From an uncultured Clostridia bacterium (GTDB taxonomy: Bacteria; Bacillota; Clostridia; TANB77; CAG-508): a DNA stretch of 64,000 bases. Made by a program: the position numbers and the translations under genes. The notes under the pieces were generated by a model. That model made no database searches and was not told the origin of the DNA. It saw only the letters and a program-made list of their open reading frames with translations. Shown in pieces: positions 10,676 through 20,291 of this stretch; the first letter of the stretch is position 1, and each line of letters opens with the position of its first letter. The stretch is taken from the NCBI GenBank assembly GCA_944388605.1, contig CALXJJ010000005.1, positions 5,966 through 69,965 on the forward strand, in the 5' to 3' direction.

Positions 10676-11386
10676 CTATTCTTTCCATCCGTTTATATGT
10701 CCTCTTTTAATTGCTCCTATAATATTTGCTCTAACATTAGGAATATCTAAATTAAATTGTTTAATTAAGGTTTTCATATATTCTCTTTTAGAGATTCCAT
10801 CCATAGGGCAATTCTTATTCATAACAACTTGATTTTGCCTTTTAATAAAATTGCGTATTTCTTTTTCAGAAGTAAAAATTAAAGGTCTTATTAATGTTAT
10901 TTTGCTTCTATCCATATAGCTTATAGGAGAAAAAGTATTAATATTTCCAGCATAAAGTAAATTTAAAAAGAAAGTTTCTAATACATCATCTTCGTTATGA
11001 CCTAAAGCAATTTTATTACATTTCTCTCTTATACATATGCTATTTAATATTCCTCTTCGTAAATTTGCACATAAAGAACAAGGATTTTTCTCTTTACGAA
11101 TATCAAATACAATTTCTTTTATATTACTATTTTCGATTATTAAAGGAATATCATTATTAATGCAAAGATTTTTTAAGAAATCAGTATCAAAAAATTCAAA
11201 TCCAGGATTTACACTTATAGCTATTAAATCAAATTTTTTTGGATAAAACCTTTGGAGAGATTTTAATGCTAATAAAAGAGTAATAGAATCTTTGCCACCA
11301 GAAAGAGCAACAGCGATTTTATCACCATCTTCTATCATATTATATTTTTCAATGGCTTTTCTTAAAAAGCCCAGAATTTTTTGCAT
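10676..11386 (-). CDS. PP-loop ATPase, tRNA 2-thiocytidine synthetase TtcA-like
   Basis: SGGKDS PP-loop motif plus a CSLCANLRRG Cys pair. Confidence 0.6.
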   Translation of the reverse strand: MQKILGFLRKAIEKYNMIEDGDKIAVALSGGKDSITLLLALKSLQRFYPKKFDLIAISVNPGFEFFDTDFLKNLCINNDIPLIIENSNIKEIVFDIRKEKNPCSLCANLRRGILNSICIREKCNKIALGHNEDDVLETFFLNLLYAGNINTFSPISYMDRSKITLIRPLIFTSEKEIRNFIKRQNQVVMNKNCPMDGISKREYMKTLIKQFNLDIPNVRANIIGAIKRGHINGWKE

Positions 11387-11544
11387 AAATTTTCCATTCC
11401 TTTCTTTCTGAATTAAATTTATTTTAGTACAATAGTATATTAAATTATAGCATGGATATTTTTATAAGTAAAGAAAATTAAAACTATACTTGATTAATTA
11501 AAAGAAATAATGTAAAATATAAAAGAAGAATTTGTAATAAGATA

Positions 11545-11622
11545 TGTATCAGTAGCTCAGTTGGATAGAGCAACAGTTTCCTAAACTGTGGGTCGGGGGT
11601 TCAAATCCCTTCTGGTACACCA
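11545..11622 (+). tRNA. tRNA-Arg(CCU)-like with an 8-nt anticodon loop (TTCCCTAA)
   Basis: Manual cloverleaf: 7-bp acceptor stem (GTATCAG/CTGGTAC), D arm GCTC/GAGC, T arm GGGGG-TTCAAAT-CCCTT, and a CCA end. The anticodon stem ACAGT/ACTGT encloses 8 nt. Confidence 0.6.
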
Positions 11623-11632
11623 TATACAAAAA

Positions 11633-11677
11633 GTCATACAAGTATTGAAATATCAATGTTTTGTATGACTTATTTTT
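11633..11677 (+). terminator. Rho-independent terminator after the tRNA
   Basis: GTCATACAA...TTGTATGAC hairpin followed by a T-run. Confidence 0.6.
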
Positions 11678-11955
11678 ATACAATAGGAAAGTTATCCTTT
11701 CCTATTGTATAAAAGTCGCTACGCTCTAACGACTGCACACAATTTTGACTTCGTAAAATTGGCTTAGGAACAAATTTACTAAAAAGCTAACGAGGAAAGA
11801 TAAAATTAATATAAATTTTAAGGCTTTCCGATTTTTTCTTGAATAGGAAAAATCGACTTTTTCATATTCAAGAAAAAACAACATTGCACAGGAAAATTGC
11901 TATGCAATTTTTCGCGTCGACAAATCTTTACGCTTCTTCAAGAACTTAAATATAT
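11678..11955 (+). repeat. Intergenic repeat family, copy A (long form)
   Basis: Perfect hairpin ACAATAGGAAAG-TTAT-CCTTTCCTATTGT, then TAAAAGTCGCTACGCTCTAACGACTGCACACAATTTTGACTTCGTAAAATTGGCTTAGGAACAAATTT...GGCTTTCCGATTT, plus a 3' extension shared with copy F. Confidence 0.8.
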
Positions 11956-12050
11956 TTCAGATACTATTAATATAATAAAAAGTGATATAAGAACAATAAA
12001 TCATATTGACATTTTTAATAATACAGTATATATGTATAAGGGGGATTGAA

Positions 12051-12530
12051 ATGCAAGAACAATTTATGAAACAAGCGTTAAAAGAAGCAAAAAAAGCATA
12101 TAATAAAAAAGAAATTCCTGTAGGAGCTGTTATAGTAAAGAATGGAGAAATAATAGCCAGAGGACATAACATAAAAGAGATGAAAAATGATTGTACAAAA
12201 CATGCAGAAATAATAGCAATTCAAAAAGCTAGTAAGAAATTAGATTCATGGAGATTAACAGATTGTGAAATGTATGTTACATTAGAGCCTTGTAGTATGT
12301 GTGCAGGAGCTCTTATACAATCAAGAATAAAAAAAATTCATATAGGGTGTATGGATGAAAAAACTGGTGCATGTGGTTCAGTTTTAAATTTATTAGAAGA
12401 TTATAAATTTAATCATAAAATAGAAATTGAAAAAGGAATATTAAAAGAAGAATGTGAAAAAATCTTAAAAGATTTTTTTAAGGAATTAAGAAAGACTAAA
12501 AAAGGAGAAAGATATATGAAGTGTAGGTAA
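12051..12530 (+). CDS. tadA: tRNA-specific adenosine deaminase
   Basis: HAEIIAIQ and LEPCSMCAGA zinc-binding motifs. ATG start after a GGGGGA RBS. Confidence 0.85.
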   Translation: MQEQFMKQALKEAKKAYNKKEIPVGAVIVKNGEIIARGHNIKEMKNDCTKHAEIIAIQKASKKLDSWRLTDCEMYVTLEPCSMCAGALIQSRIKKIHIGCMDEKTGACGSVLNLLEDYKFNHKIEIEKGILKEECEKILKDFFKELRKTKKGERYMKCR

Positions 12531-12650
12531 AATTAAAATAAATGTACATAAAATATAATTTATATAGTGCAGTAATAAGATAATTGTAATAGGAGTGCAT
12601 ATAATAATGCTACTTGAAAAAAAATGAAAATATGTAATAATTGGTAAAAA

Positions 12651-12743
12651 GGAGTGGTATCGAAGTGGTCATAACGAGGCTGACTCGAAATCAGTTGGTC
12701 AGTGAAAACTGGCACGTGGGTTCGAATCCCACTCACTCCGCCA
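12651..12743 (+). tRNA. tRNA-Ser(CGA), class II with long variable arm
   Basis: Acceptor stem GGAGTGG/TCACTCC, anticodon loop CTCGAAA, long variable stem-loop, T arm GTGGG-TTCGAAT-CCCAC, and a CCA end. Confidence 0.8.
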
Positions 12744-12768
12744 TATACTAATAACAAATAAGATTGGA

Positions 12769-13527
12769 ATGATATTAAGAATGGATGTAAAAGAAAAAAA
12801 GCATGTTATAAAAAGTTATTTAGGTCTTTCAGCTTTAGTAATAATATTTATATTGGTTGCTATATCTATAATGAAATATGAAGTAGAAGGAGAAAAAAAT
12901 ATGCCTTTTTTACTTTCAAAAATAATGGTAATAAGTACAGCAGAGGGAGTTAGTAAAGAAGAAGTACAAGAAGGGCAAAAATGGAATTTAGATGTAATGC
13001 AAGATAACGACGTATATATAACAATAAATAAAAATGAAGAATATAAAAAAGAAGATATGATAGAAAAAGTAATACTAGAAAATATAAAAATAACAAAAGT
13101 ACCTAAAAAAGGTACAGTCAAAATTTATATGCCAAATAGTTCGGCTGGTAAAGTATATGAATTTAAACAAGAATACGAAGTTATAGATAGATTAGAGTAT
13201 AATGGGGCAATGCAAAGTAATCCAAAGACATTGGAAATAGGAAACCAAGGAGGAATGATACAAATAAGATTTGCTAATACATATTTAGGGGAATATGTTT
13301 CATCTAATGATGATGTTATAAAACATGATGGAACATTAATTTCAAAAACAGATGCAAATTTGGAAGATTTACAATTCAGTGTGAATTTTGATTTGATTAT
13401 AAAAACAAAAAATGAAAGTTATAAAGCAAATATAAATTTAGACTTCCCACAAGGAGATATTATTAATGAAGGAACTGGAACAATGACAAAAGATGATGTA
13501 TCAAATATAATTTTTAAAAGAATTTAG
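12769..13527 (+). CDS. Hypothetical membrane-anchored protein (N-terminal TM helix, 252 aa)
   Basis: Intact ORF with a single N-terminal hydrophobic helix. No family recognised. Confidence 0.5.
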   Translation: MILRMDVKEKKHVIKSYLGLSALVIIFILVAISIMKYEVEGEKNMPFLLSKIMVISTAEGVSKEEVQEGQKWNLDVMQDNDVYITINKNEEYKKEDMIEKVILENIKITKVPKKGTVKIYMPNSSAGKVYEFKQEYEVIDRLEYNGAMQSNPKTLEIGNQGGMIQIRFANTYLGEYVSSNDDVIKHDGTLISKTDANLEDLQFSVNFDLIIKTKNESYKANINLDFPQGDIINEGTGTMTKDDVSNIIFKRI

Positions 13528-13749
13528 GATTACAAATATATAACCTATAGCTATTAATAGTTATAGGTTATATATTTGTACATACATAGTCAGTGTCACT
13601 TTTTTTGTGAACTACATATATTATAATATATTTTTTTTATTTGTCAAACTATTTTTTTAAATTTCCAGAAAAATTTATAACCACACATTTTTTATATAAA
13701 AAATGAAAAAATACTTGATAAAAATATAAAAAGGTTATATAATCATTAA

Positions 13750-13890
13750 TGGTATGAGTTTCTAACTCTTGTATGGAAGATAAAACCAATAGAAAATCGT
13801 GAACCTTGTCAGATCCGGAAGGAAGCAGCAATAAGCGACAAATTTCTATGTGGATGTTATCTTCCATAGAGGAGTTACACTCACACCAGT
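13750..13890 (+). ncRNA. ffs: SRP RNA (4.5S/scRNA), core region; true ends uncertain
   Basis: Conserved helix-8 motif GTCAGATCCGGAAGGAAGCAGC at 13809-13830. Flanking complementary arms at about 13750-13780 and 13860-13889. Sits upstream of dnaX as in Bacillus. Confidence 0.6.
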
Positions 13891-13912
13891 TTTTATATAC
13901 GGGGTGATTTAG

Positions 13913-15562
13913 TTGCAATATACTGCACTATATCGAAAATTTAGACCACAAAAATTTGAAGATATTGTGGGTCAAGAACATATTACAAAAACATTGAAAA
14001 ATCAAATTATTGCAGGAAGAGTAGGACATGCATATTTATTTAATGGAGGTAGAGGAACAGGTAAAACAAGTGCAGCAAAAGTATTAGCAAGAGCAATAAA
14101 CTGTTTAAATCCACAAAATGGAGAACCATGTAATGAATGCGAAATATGTAAAGCAGCACTATCAGGAGCACTAACCGATATTGTTGAAATGGATGCAGCA
14201 TCTAATAATAGTGTAGAGGATATTAGATTAATAAGAGATGAAGTAAATTTCTTACCAACTTTAGCAAAATATAGAGTATATATAATAGATGAAGTTCATA
14301 TGTTATCAACAGGTGCTTTTAATGCGTTATTAAAAACGTTAGAAGAACCACCACCTCATGTTAAATTTATACTAGCTACAACAGAACCACAGAAATTGCC
14401 TGCAACAATTTTATCAAGATGTCAGAGATTTGATTTTAAAAAAATATCAAATGAAAATATAGAAAAAAGATTAAATTATATATGTAATGAATGTAAAATA
14501 GAGATAACAGAAGATGCTTTGAGAATGATAGCTGTTCTTGCAGAAGGTGCAATGAGAGATGCACTTAGTATTTTAGAAAGATGTATACAAGATGGAACAG
14601 AACAAATAAATGAAGATAGAGTAAGAGAATTAGTAGGCATCCCAAAATTAATATATATAAATAAAGTAGTATCTAGCATTATTAATAATGATGTAGAAAA
14701 CGCCTTAGAGACTACAAATGAAGTTATTAATGACGGAAAAGATACTAATAATTTCATTTGGGAAATTATTAAATATGTAAAAGATATATTAATGTATAAA
14801 ACAGTTGGAAAATTGGAATTATATAACAATATAGAGATAGAAGATATAAAAAAGTTATCAGATAATATAGATAAACAAAGATTACTTGAGATAATATATA
14901 AATTGTCAGAATTAGAAAATGACATGAAATGGTCATCTCAAAAAACAATAATGTTTCAAATAGGAATCATAAAACTATGTTCAAATATTAGTATATCGTC
15001 TAATAGAACAAATAATAACATAGATAATACAAAAGTACAAGAGCTTGTTGGAAGAGTAGGAAGAATAGAAAATGAAATAAGAAGAATTGAGAATGGATTA
15101 TCCACAAATGTAGCACAAAATGTGAATAACATATTTCAAAATACATCTAAAAAAGAAAATAAAATAGAAAATATTCAGCCTGCTAAAATAATACCAAAAA
15201 CAGAATGTAAAAATGCAAAAAAAATGCAAGGTTGGAATAAAGTATTAAATAATTTGAAACAAGATGGTAAACTTTTGTTATATACAAATTTGATAAATAC
15301 TGTTGCATATGAATTAAATGATATGACAATAGGAATAGAATTTACAGGAGGATTAAATCCATTTGGAAAAACAGTATTAGAGAAAAGTGAGAATGTTGCA
15401 GATATAACTAAATTGGTTTCCATGGAATGTGGTAAACCAATGCAAATTAGATATATAACTGAAAATATGGAAAGTATATTAGCAAGTAATGTTAATAATC
15501 AAAAGTCAATAGCAGAAAATACAGCTGAAAGTTTAGGACTACCATTAAATATAATTGAATAG
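13913..15562 (+). CDS. dnaX: DNA polymerase III subunits gamma/tau
   Basis: Walker A motif GGRGTGKTS and a clamp-loader Cys cluster. TTG start after a GGGGTGA RBS. Confidence 0.9.
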   Translation: MQYTALYRKFRPQKFEDIVGQEHITKTLKNQIIAGRVGHAYLFNGGRGTGKTSAAKVLARAINCLNPQNGEPCNECEICKAALSGALTDIVEMDAASNNSVEDIRLIRDEVNFLPTLAKYRVYIIDEVHMLSTGAFNALLKTLEEPPPHVKFILATTEPQKLPATILSRCQRFDFKKISNENIEKRLNYICNECKIEITEDALRMIAVLAEGAMRDALSILERCIQDGTEQINEDRVRELVGIPKLIYINKVVSSIINNDVENALETTNEVINDGKDTNNFIWEIIKYVKDILMYKTVGKLELYNNIEIEDIKKLSDNIDKQRLLEIIYKLSELENDMKWSSQKTIMFQIGIIKLCSNISISSNRTNNNIDNTKVQELVGRVGRIENEIRRIENGLSTNVAQNVNNIFQNTSKKENKIENIQPAKIIPKTECKNAKKMQGWNKVLNNLKQDGKLLLYTNLINTVAYELNDMTIGIEFTGGLNPFGKTVLEKSENVADITKLVSMECGKPMQIRYITENMESILASNVNNQKSIAENTAESLGLPLNIIE

Positions 15563-15574
15563 GAGGATTTTATT

Positions 15575-15919
15575 ATGTCAAAAAGAGGAGGATTTCCAGG
15601 GGGAATGGGAGGATTTGGAGGTATGAATCTAAATCAATTAATGAAAGAAGCAAAAAAAATTCAAGCAGATATGGAAAAATCACAAGAAGATTTAGCAAGT
15701 AAAGAATTTGAAAGTACAGCAGGTGGAGGAGCAGTATATGTAAAATTTTCTGGAAATAAAGTATTGAAAGAAATAACTATAAAAAAAGATGTGGTTGATC
15801 CAGATGATGTTGAAATGTTACAAGATTTAATATTAACATCTGTAAATGAAGCATTAAGAAAAATAGATGAAGCACAATCGCAAGAATTAGGAAAATATAA
15901 TATTCCTGGATTAATGTAG
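15575..15919 (+). CDS. ybaB: Nucleoid-associated protein YbaB/EbfC
   Basis: 114 aa. Sits between dnaX and recR. Confidence 0.85.
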   Translation: MSKRGGFPGGMGGFGGMNLNQLMKEAKKIQADMEKSQEDLASKEFESTAGGGAVYVKFSGNKVLKEITIKKDVVDPDDVEMLQDLILTSVNEALRKIDEAQSQELGKYNIPGLM

Positions 15920-15934
15920 AGGTGAAAATTAGAT

Positions 15935-16534
15935 ATGTCATATTATTCACCATCAGTAGAAAAATTAATAGAAGCATTTGAAAAGTTGCCAAGTATAGGA
16001 AATAAAACAGCTGCAAGATTAGCCTTTTATATGTTAGATGCGAGTCAAGAAGAAGCAGAAGAATTTGTAAAAGCAATTCTTGACGCAAAGAAAAATTTAA
16101 AATATTGTTCTAAATGTTATAATATTTCTGATACAGATCCATGTAATATTTGTTCAAATGCTAATAGAGATCAATCAGTAATATGTGTAGTAGAAGATGT
16201 AAGAGATGTTGTTGCAATGGAAAGAACGCATGAGTTCCAAGGAGTTTACCATGTTTTGCACGGTTCAATTTCTCCTATGAATGGAGTAGGACCAGATCAA
16301 ATAAAAATAAAAGAATTATTGTCAAGACTTATGGATGGAAGTGTTAAAGAATTAATTTTAGCAACAAACCCAAGAGTAGAAGGAGAAGCAACAGCTATGT
16401 ACATATCTAAATTAGTAAAGCCATTAGGAGTCAAAGTAACGAGAATAGCGCATGGAATACCAGTTGGTGGAGATTTAGAATATACAGATGAAGTTACATT
16501 AAGTAAAGCTCTTGAAGGAAGGAGAGAGTTATAA
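15935..16534 (+). CDS. recR: Recombination protein RecR
   Basis: C4 zinc finger ([16 protein letters not shown]) and a Toprim domain. Confidence 0.9.
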   Translation: MSYYSPSVEKLIEAFEKLPSIGNKTAARLAFYMLDASQEEAEEFVKAILDAKKNLKYCSKCYNISDTDPCNICSNANRDQSVICVVEDVRDVVAMERTHEFQGVYHVLHGSISPMNGVGPDQIKIKELLSRLMDGSVKELILATNPRVEGEATAMYISKLVKPLGVKVTRIAHGIPVGGDLEYTDEVTLSKALEGRREL

Positions 16535-16568
16535 AATATTATAGAGTAGCATAAAGAAAAATATTTTG

Positions 16569-17705
16569 CTACTCTATAGAATTCATTAAAATTTCGCAAA
16601 TTTCTTTTGTGGAATTTTTTTTAGCTAATAATTTTGCTCTGATTTTCATAGTTTGTAATTTAGTTGATGAAGAAAACAAATCTTTTATAATATCAGGAGC
16701 ATAATCTGATTTTTTTAACCAAATTGCTACACCTTTTTCTTCTAAAAATTCTGCGTTTTGTTCCTCTTGACCTGGTATTGGATTAATTAAAAATAGTGGA
16801 ACGCCAGAAGCTAGGCTTTCTGTAGTTGTAAGTCCACCAGGTTTGGTTACAACTAAATTAGAGATACTCATCAATTCTGGTATTTGATTTGAAAATCCAA
16901 ATACCTTAATATCAAATGGTCTTTTACAATTGGAAGCAATTTCATTAAAATGTTCTTTCATTTTTTCATTTTTACCAGCTATTGCCACTATTTGTTCGTC
17001 AGGAGCATATTCTATAAAATCACTAAATAATTTTAGAGTCTTAGATTTTCCAAGTCCAAATTCTCCGCCACCGAAAAATAAAATAACTTTTCTTTGTTCA
17101 TCTAAATTAAAATTCTTCATAATGGCAGATTTATCAAAATGTACTAAGAACTTATTAGAAAGTGGAATACCAGTTGGAAATATTTTTTCTGGTGGAACAT
17201 AATTTTGTATTAATGCATTTTTCATTCCAGAGTGAGCAACAAAGAAAAAGTCTATAAATTCTTTTCCTACAAGCCATTGATCATGTGGAGCAAAATCAGT
17301 CATTATTGTTGCAAGCTTACAATTAATTTTGTGTTTTTTCTTTAAATAACTAGTCATTTGTGTTCCAAATGGATGTGTAGAAATAACTAAATCTGGTTCA
17401 TATGCTTCAAATAATTTTAAAAGTTTATGAGCCATTAATTTATTAGAGGTTGAGCTTATTTGTGCTAAAGCGCCTCTTTGAGAATTACTATATACTTGAC
17501 CCCATGCCCAAGGAGCTTTTTTCGCCATTTCTTTATATGCGGTTGTTGTGACTTTATCTAAAGCCTTATTTATAAATTTTATACAATCAACTAACATTGT
17601 ATTTGCTTCTGGAAAGTTATTTTCTATATAATCTTTTATGGAATTAGCAGCTGATAAGTGACCGCCACCATATGAAGCGTAAAAAATTAAAATTCTTTTT
17701 CTCAT
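16569..17705 (-). CDS. Diacylglycerol glycosyltransferase (MGDG-synthase family, UgtP-like)
   Basis: MGDG-synthase-like N-terminus and a GT28-like C-terminus. Start taken at ATG 17705 after an AGGGGA RBS. Confidence 0.7.
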   Translation of the reverse strand: MRKRILIFYASYGGGHLSAANSIKDYIENNFPEANTMLVDCIKFINKALDKVTTTAYKEMAKKAPWAWGQVYSNSQRGALAQISSTSNKLMAHKLLKLFEAYEPDLVISTHPFGTQMTSYLKKKHKINCKLATIMTDFAPHDQWLVGKEFIDFFFVAHSGMKNALIQNYVPPEKIFPTGIPLSNKFLVHFDKSAIMKNFNLDEQRKVILFFGGGEFGLGKSKTLKLFSDFIEYAPDEQIVAIAGKNEKMKEHFNEIASNCKRPFDIKVFGFSNQIPELMSISNLVVTKPGGLTTTESLASGVPLFLINPIPGQEEQNAEFLEEKGVAIWLKKSDYAPDIIKDLFSSSTKLQTMKIRAKLLAKKNSTKEICEILMNSIE

Positions 17706-17852
17706 ATCAATTAATTCCCCTATATATTTTGTAAAAATCAATATTATTTTAACATAAAAAAAGATAAAAAACAATTAAGAAAAAATTAAATGAATAAAAA
17801 ATGAAAAAAAATACAAAATATAAATAACAAAACTTTATGAAAGGAAAAAAAT

Positions 17853-18321
17853 ATGAAAAAAAAACTAGTTTTAGGATTATTTATCTTGTCAATAATAATG
17901 ATATTTATAATATTAATAATATTTACTAAAGAAGAAGAAGTTTATGCAACAAGTTCATCAAATACGTCAGATGTGCAATTAATGGCAAGAGCAATTAATG
18001 GAGAAGCAAGGGGAGAACCTTATGAAGGACAAGTAGCAGTAGGAGCAGTAATATTAAATAGAGTAAAAAGTTCTCAATTTCCTAATACTATAGCAGGAGT
18101 AATATATCAACCTGGAGCATTTACAGCAGTGGCAGATGGTCAAATAAATGTACCAATAGAATCTGGTTCAACTGTAGTGAAAGCAGCACAGGATGCATTA
18201 AATGGATGGGATCCAACTGGACGGAGCATTATATTATTTTAATCCAGATACTGCGACAAGTGCTTGGATATGGTCAAGACCATTAATAAAAACAATAGGA
18301 AAGCATAGATTTTGTAAATAA
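17853..18321 (+). pseudogene. sleB: Cell-wall hydrolase SleB/CwlJ-family (Hydrolase_2) gene with a +1 frameshift near 18222
   Basis: Frame 1 ends GWDPTGRSIILF*. The next frame continues GALYYFNPDTATSAWIWSRPLIKTIGKHRFCK*. A single extra base separates them. The gene is followed by ypeB. Confidence 0.65.
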
Positions 18322-18498
18322 AAAGAAAAGTAAATAATGTGAAAAAACAAGGTTTTAACACTAATAGCTACAAACACTATCAAAATTTTCATGAATTTTG
18401 AGATGGCTAATATTAACCTCTAACATTCTCACGAATTTAATAGAGGTTATTAAATAAAATTTTTGTTAGAGCGTAAATTTGCTCGAATGGGGGTTAAT

Positions 18499-19863
18499 AT
18501 GAAAGAAAAGATAAAAAAGAACTGGCAATATATAATTATGATAATTTTAGTTGTTGCATTAATTGCCTTGGGAATAATTTATATCAATAAAACAAAAGAA
18601 TATCAAACTGCTTCAGAAAACAATTATAATATGGCTTTTTATGAACTTATAGACTATGTCCAAAATGTAGAAACATATTTAGCTAAAGCTCTTATTTCAA
18701 CTACTCCAGAACATGGAGCAGAAACTTTATCTCATTTATGGAGAGAATCAGATTTAGCACAAAGTTATTTATCAAGATTACCAATAGGTTCACAAGAATT
18801 AGCAAATACAGAAAAATTTTTAAATCAAGTAAGTGATTATAGTTTTTCGTTATCAAGGAAAAATATAAATAATGAATCTTTAACTGATGAAGATTTAAAT
18901 AATTTAAAAGAACTACACGGATATAGTGTAGAATTGGCAAATACATTAAATCAATTAGCAGTAGATATGAATGATGGAAGAATTAATTGGAAAGATTTGG
19001 CAAGTGATAAAAATACTTTATTTGCAAAACAAGTAAGTAATATATCTCAAGATAGTTTTGGTAGCCTAGAAGAAAATTTTCATGAATATGCAGGATTAAT
19101 ATATGATGGTGCTTTTTCAGAACATTTAACAAGTATAGAAAAAAAAGGATTAACAGGAGAAGAAATAAATGAAGAACAAGCCAAAAATATTGCAATAGAA
19201 TGGGTAGGAAAAGATAGGGTAGAAGAAATTAGTAATAATGGAGTATCTCAAGATGCTGACATACAAGTTTTTGATTTTAATATAAAAATAAAAGATGATG
19301 AGAACGATATTTATAATATATCAATAACAAAAAAAGGTGGACATGTATTGTACTCAAACTATAATAGAACTGTAGAAACAGAAGTTATAACAGTCGAACA
19401 AGCAAATAAGATAGGTAGAGAATTTTTATCAAATCATCAATATCCAAACATGGTAGAAACATATTATTTAAATCAAGGAGGAATATTAACAATAAATTAT
19501 GCATATGAGCAAGAAGGAGTAATAATATATCCAGATTTAGTAAAAGTAAAAATAGCACTAGATAATGGAGAAGTTTTGGGAATAGAAGCGAGTGGATATA
19601 TAAATAATCATGAAGTAAGAAGTATCCATACAAATGGAACAATATCAAAAGAAGATGCAAAAAGTGTAATAAATAAAAACTTAGAAATAACAAGTGAAAG
19701 ATTAGCAATAATTCCTACGCAATGGCAAACAGAAGTATTATGTTGGGAATTTAAGGGCAAAGTGGAAGATAGAGAATTTTTAGTTTATATAAATGCTAAA
19801 ACAGGAAAAGAAGAAGATATATTAATAATAGTAGATACTCCAAATGGAATATTAACAATGTGA
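18499..19863 (+). CDS. ypeB: Germination protein YpeB (PepSY domains)
   Basis: N-terminal TM helix and YpeB-like sequence. Downstream of sleB. ATG start after a GGGGG RBS. Confidence 0.75.
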   Translation: MKEKIKKNWQYIIMIILVVALIALGIIYINKTKEYQTASENNYNMAFYELIDYVQNVETYLAKALISTTPEHGAETLSHLWRESDLAQSYLSRLPIGSQELANTEKFLNQVSDYSFSLSRKNINNESLTDEDLNNLKELHGYSVELANTLNQLAVDMNDGRINWKDLASDKNTLFAKQVSNISQDSFGSLEENFHEYAGLIYDGAFSEHLTSIEKKGLTGEEINEEQAKNIAIEWVGKDRVEEISNNGVSQDADIQVFDFNIKIKDDENDIYNISITKKGGHVLYSNYNRTVETEVITVEQANKIGREFLSNHQYPNMVETYYLNQGGILTINYAYEQEGVIIYPDLVKVKIALDNGEVLGIEASGYINNHEVRSIHTNGTISKEDAKSVINKNLEITSERLAIIPTQWQTEVLCWEFKGKVEDREFLVYINAKTGKEEDILIIVDTPNGILTM

Positions 19864-19942
19864 AAAAATGGTTGCATATAAAATGAGTAAAAGGAAACAA
19901 TAATACTAGAAAACGAAAAGTTTTCTAAAGGAGGATATAGTT

Positions 19943-20113
19943 ATGTCTGGAAACAGAAATATAATGTCTGAAAACTTAAAAGAAGAAATTGCAAAAGAGT
20001 TAGGTGTATATGAACAAGTGAAAAAAGACGGAGGATGGCAAAATGTACCTTCAAAGACTTGTGGAAATATGGTAACCAAAGCAATAGAAATTGCAAATAG
20101 AAATACAAAATAA
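19943..20113 (+). CDS. Small acid-soluble spore protein, alpha/beta type (56 aa)
   Basis: AGGAGG RBS. Matches the SASP pattern (K.EIAKELGV ... GG ... TK) and is followed by a terminator. Absent from the ORF track because it is under 60 aa. Confidence 0.65.
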   Translation: MSGNRNIMSENLKEEIAKELGVYEQVKKDGGWQNVPSKTCGNMVTKAIEIANRNTK

Positions 20114-20116
20114 TTT

Positions 20117-20155
20117 TAACACCATATAGAAAAATATTTTTCTATATGGTGTTAA
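20117..20155 (+). terminator. Rho-independent terminator after the SASP gene
   Basis: AACACCATATAGAAAAATATTTTTCTATATGGTGTT hairpin followed by a T-rich tail. Confidence 0.6.
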
Positions 20156-20291
20156 TTAAAAGATTTTGAAAACTTATATATCACTTAAGCGTAATATTTT
20201 AATTATATACTTGTTAGTGTTGCATAAAAGAAGAATATAGCATATAATAACTAAGTAATGTAGAAGAATGGGAAAGGAATGAAAAAATCAT

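Noticed and set aside
12560-12757. 65-aa minus-strand ORF
   Set aside because: It overlaps the tRNA-Ser(CGA) gene entirely and is a translation of structured RNA.
13649-13918. 89-aa minus-strand ORF
   Set aside because: It overlaps the SRP RNA core and the dnaX start region. No RBS is present.
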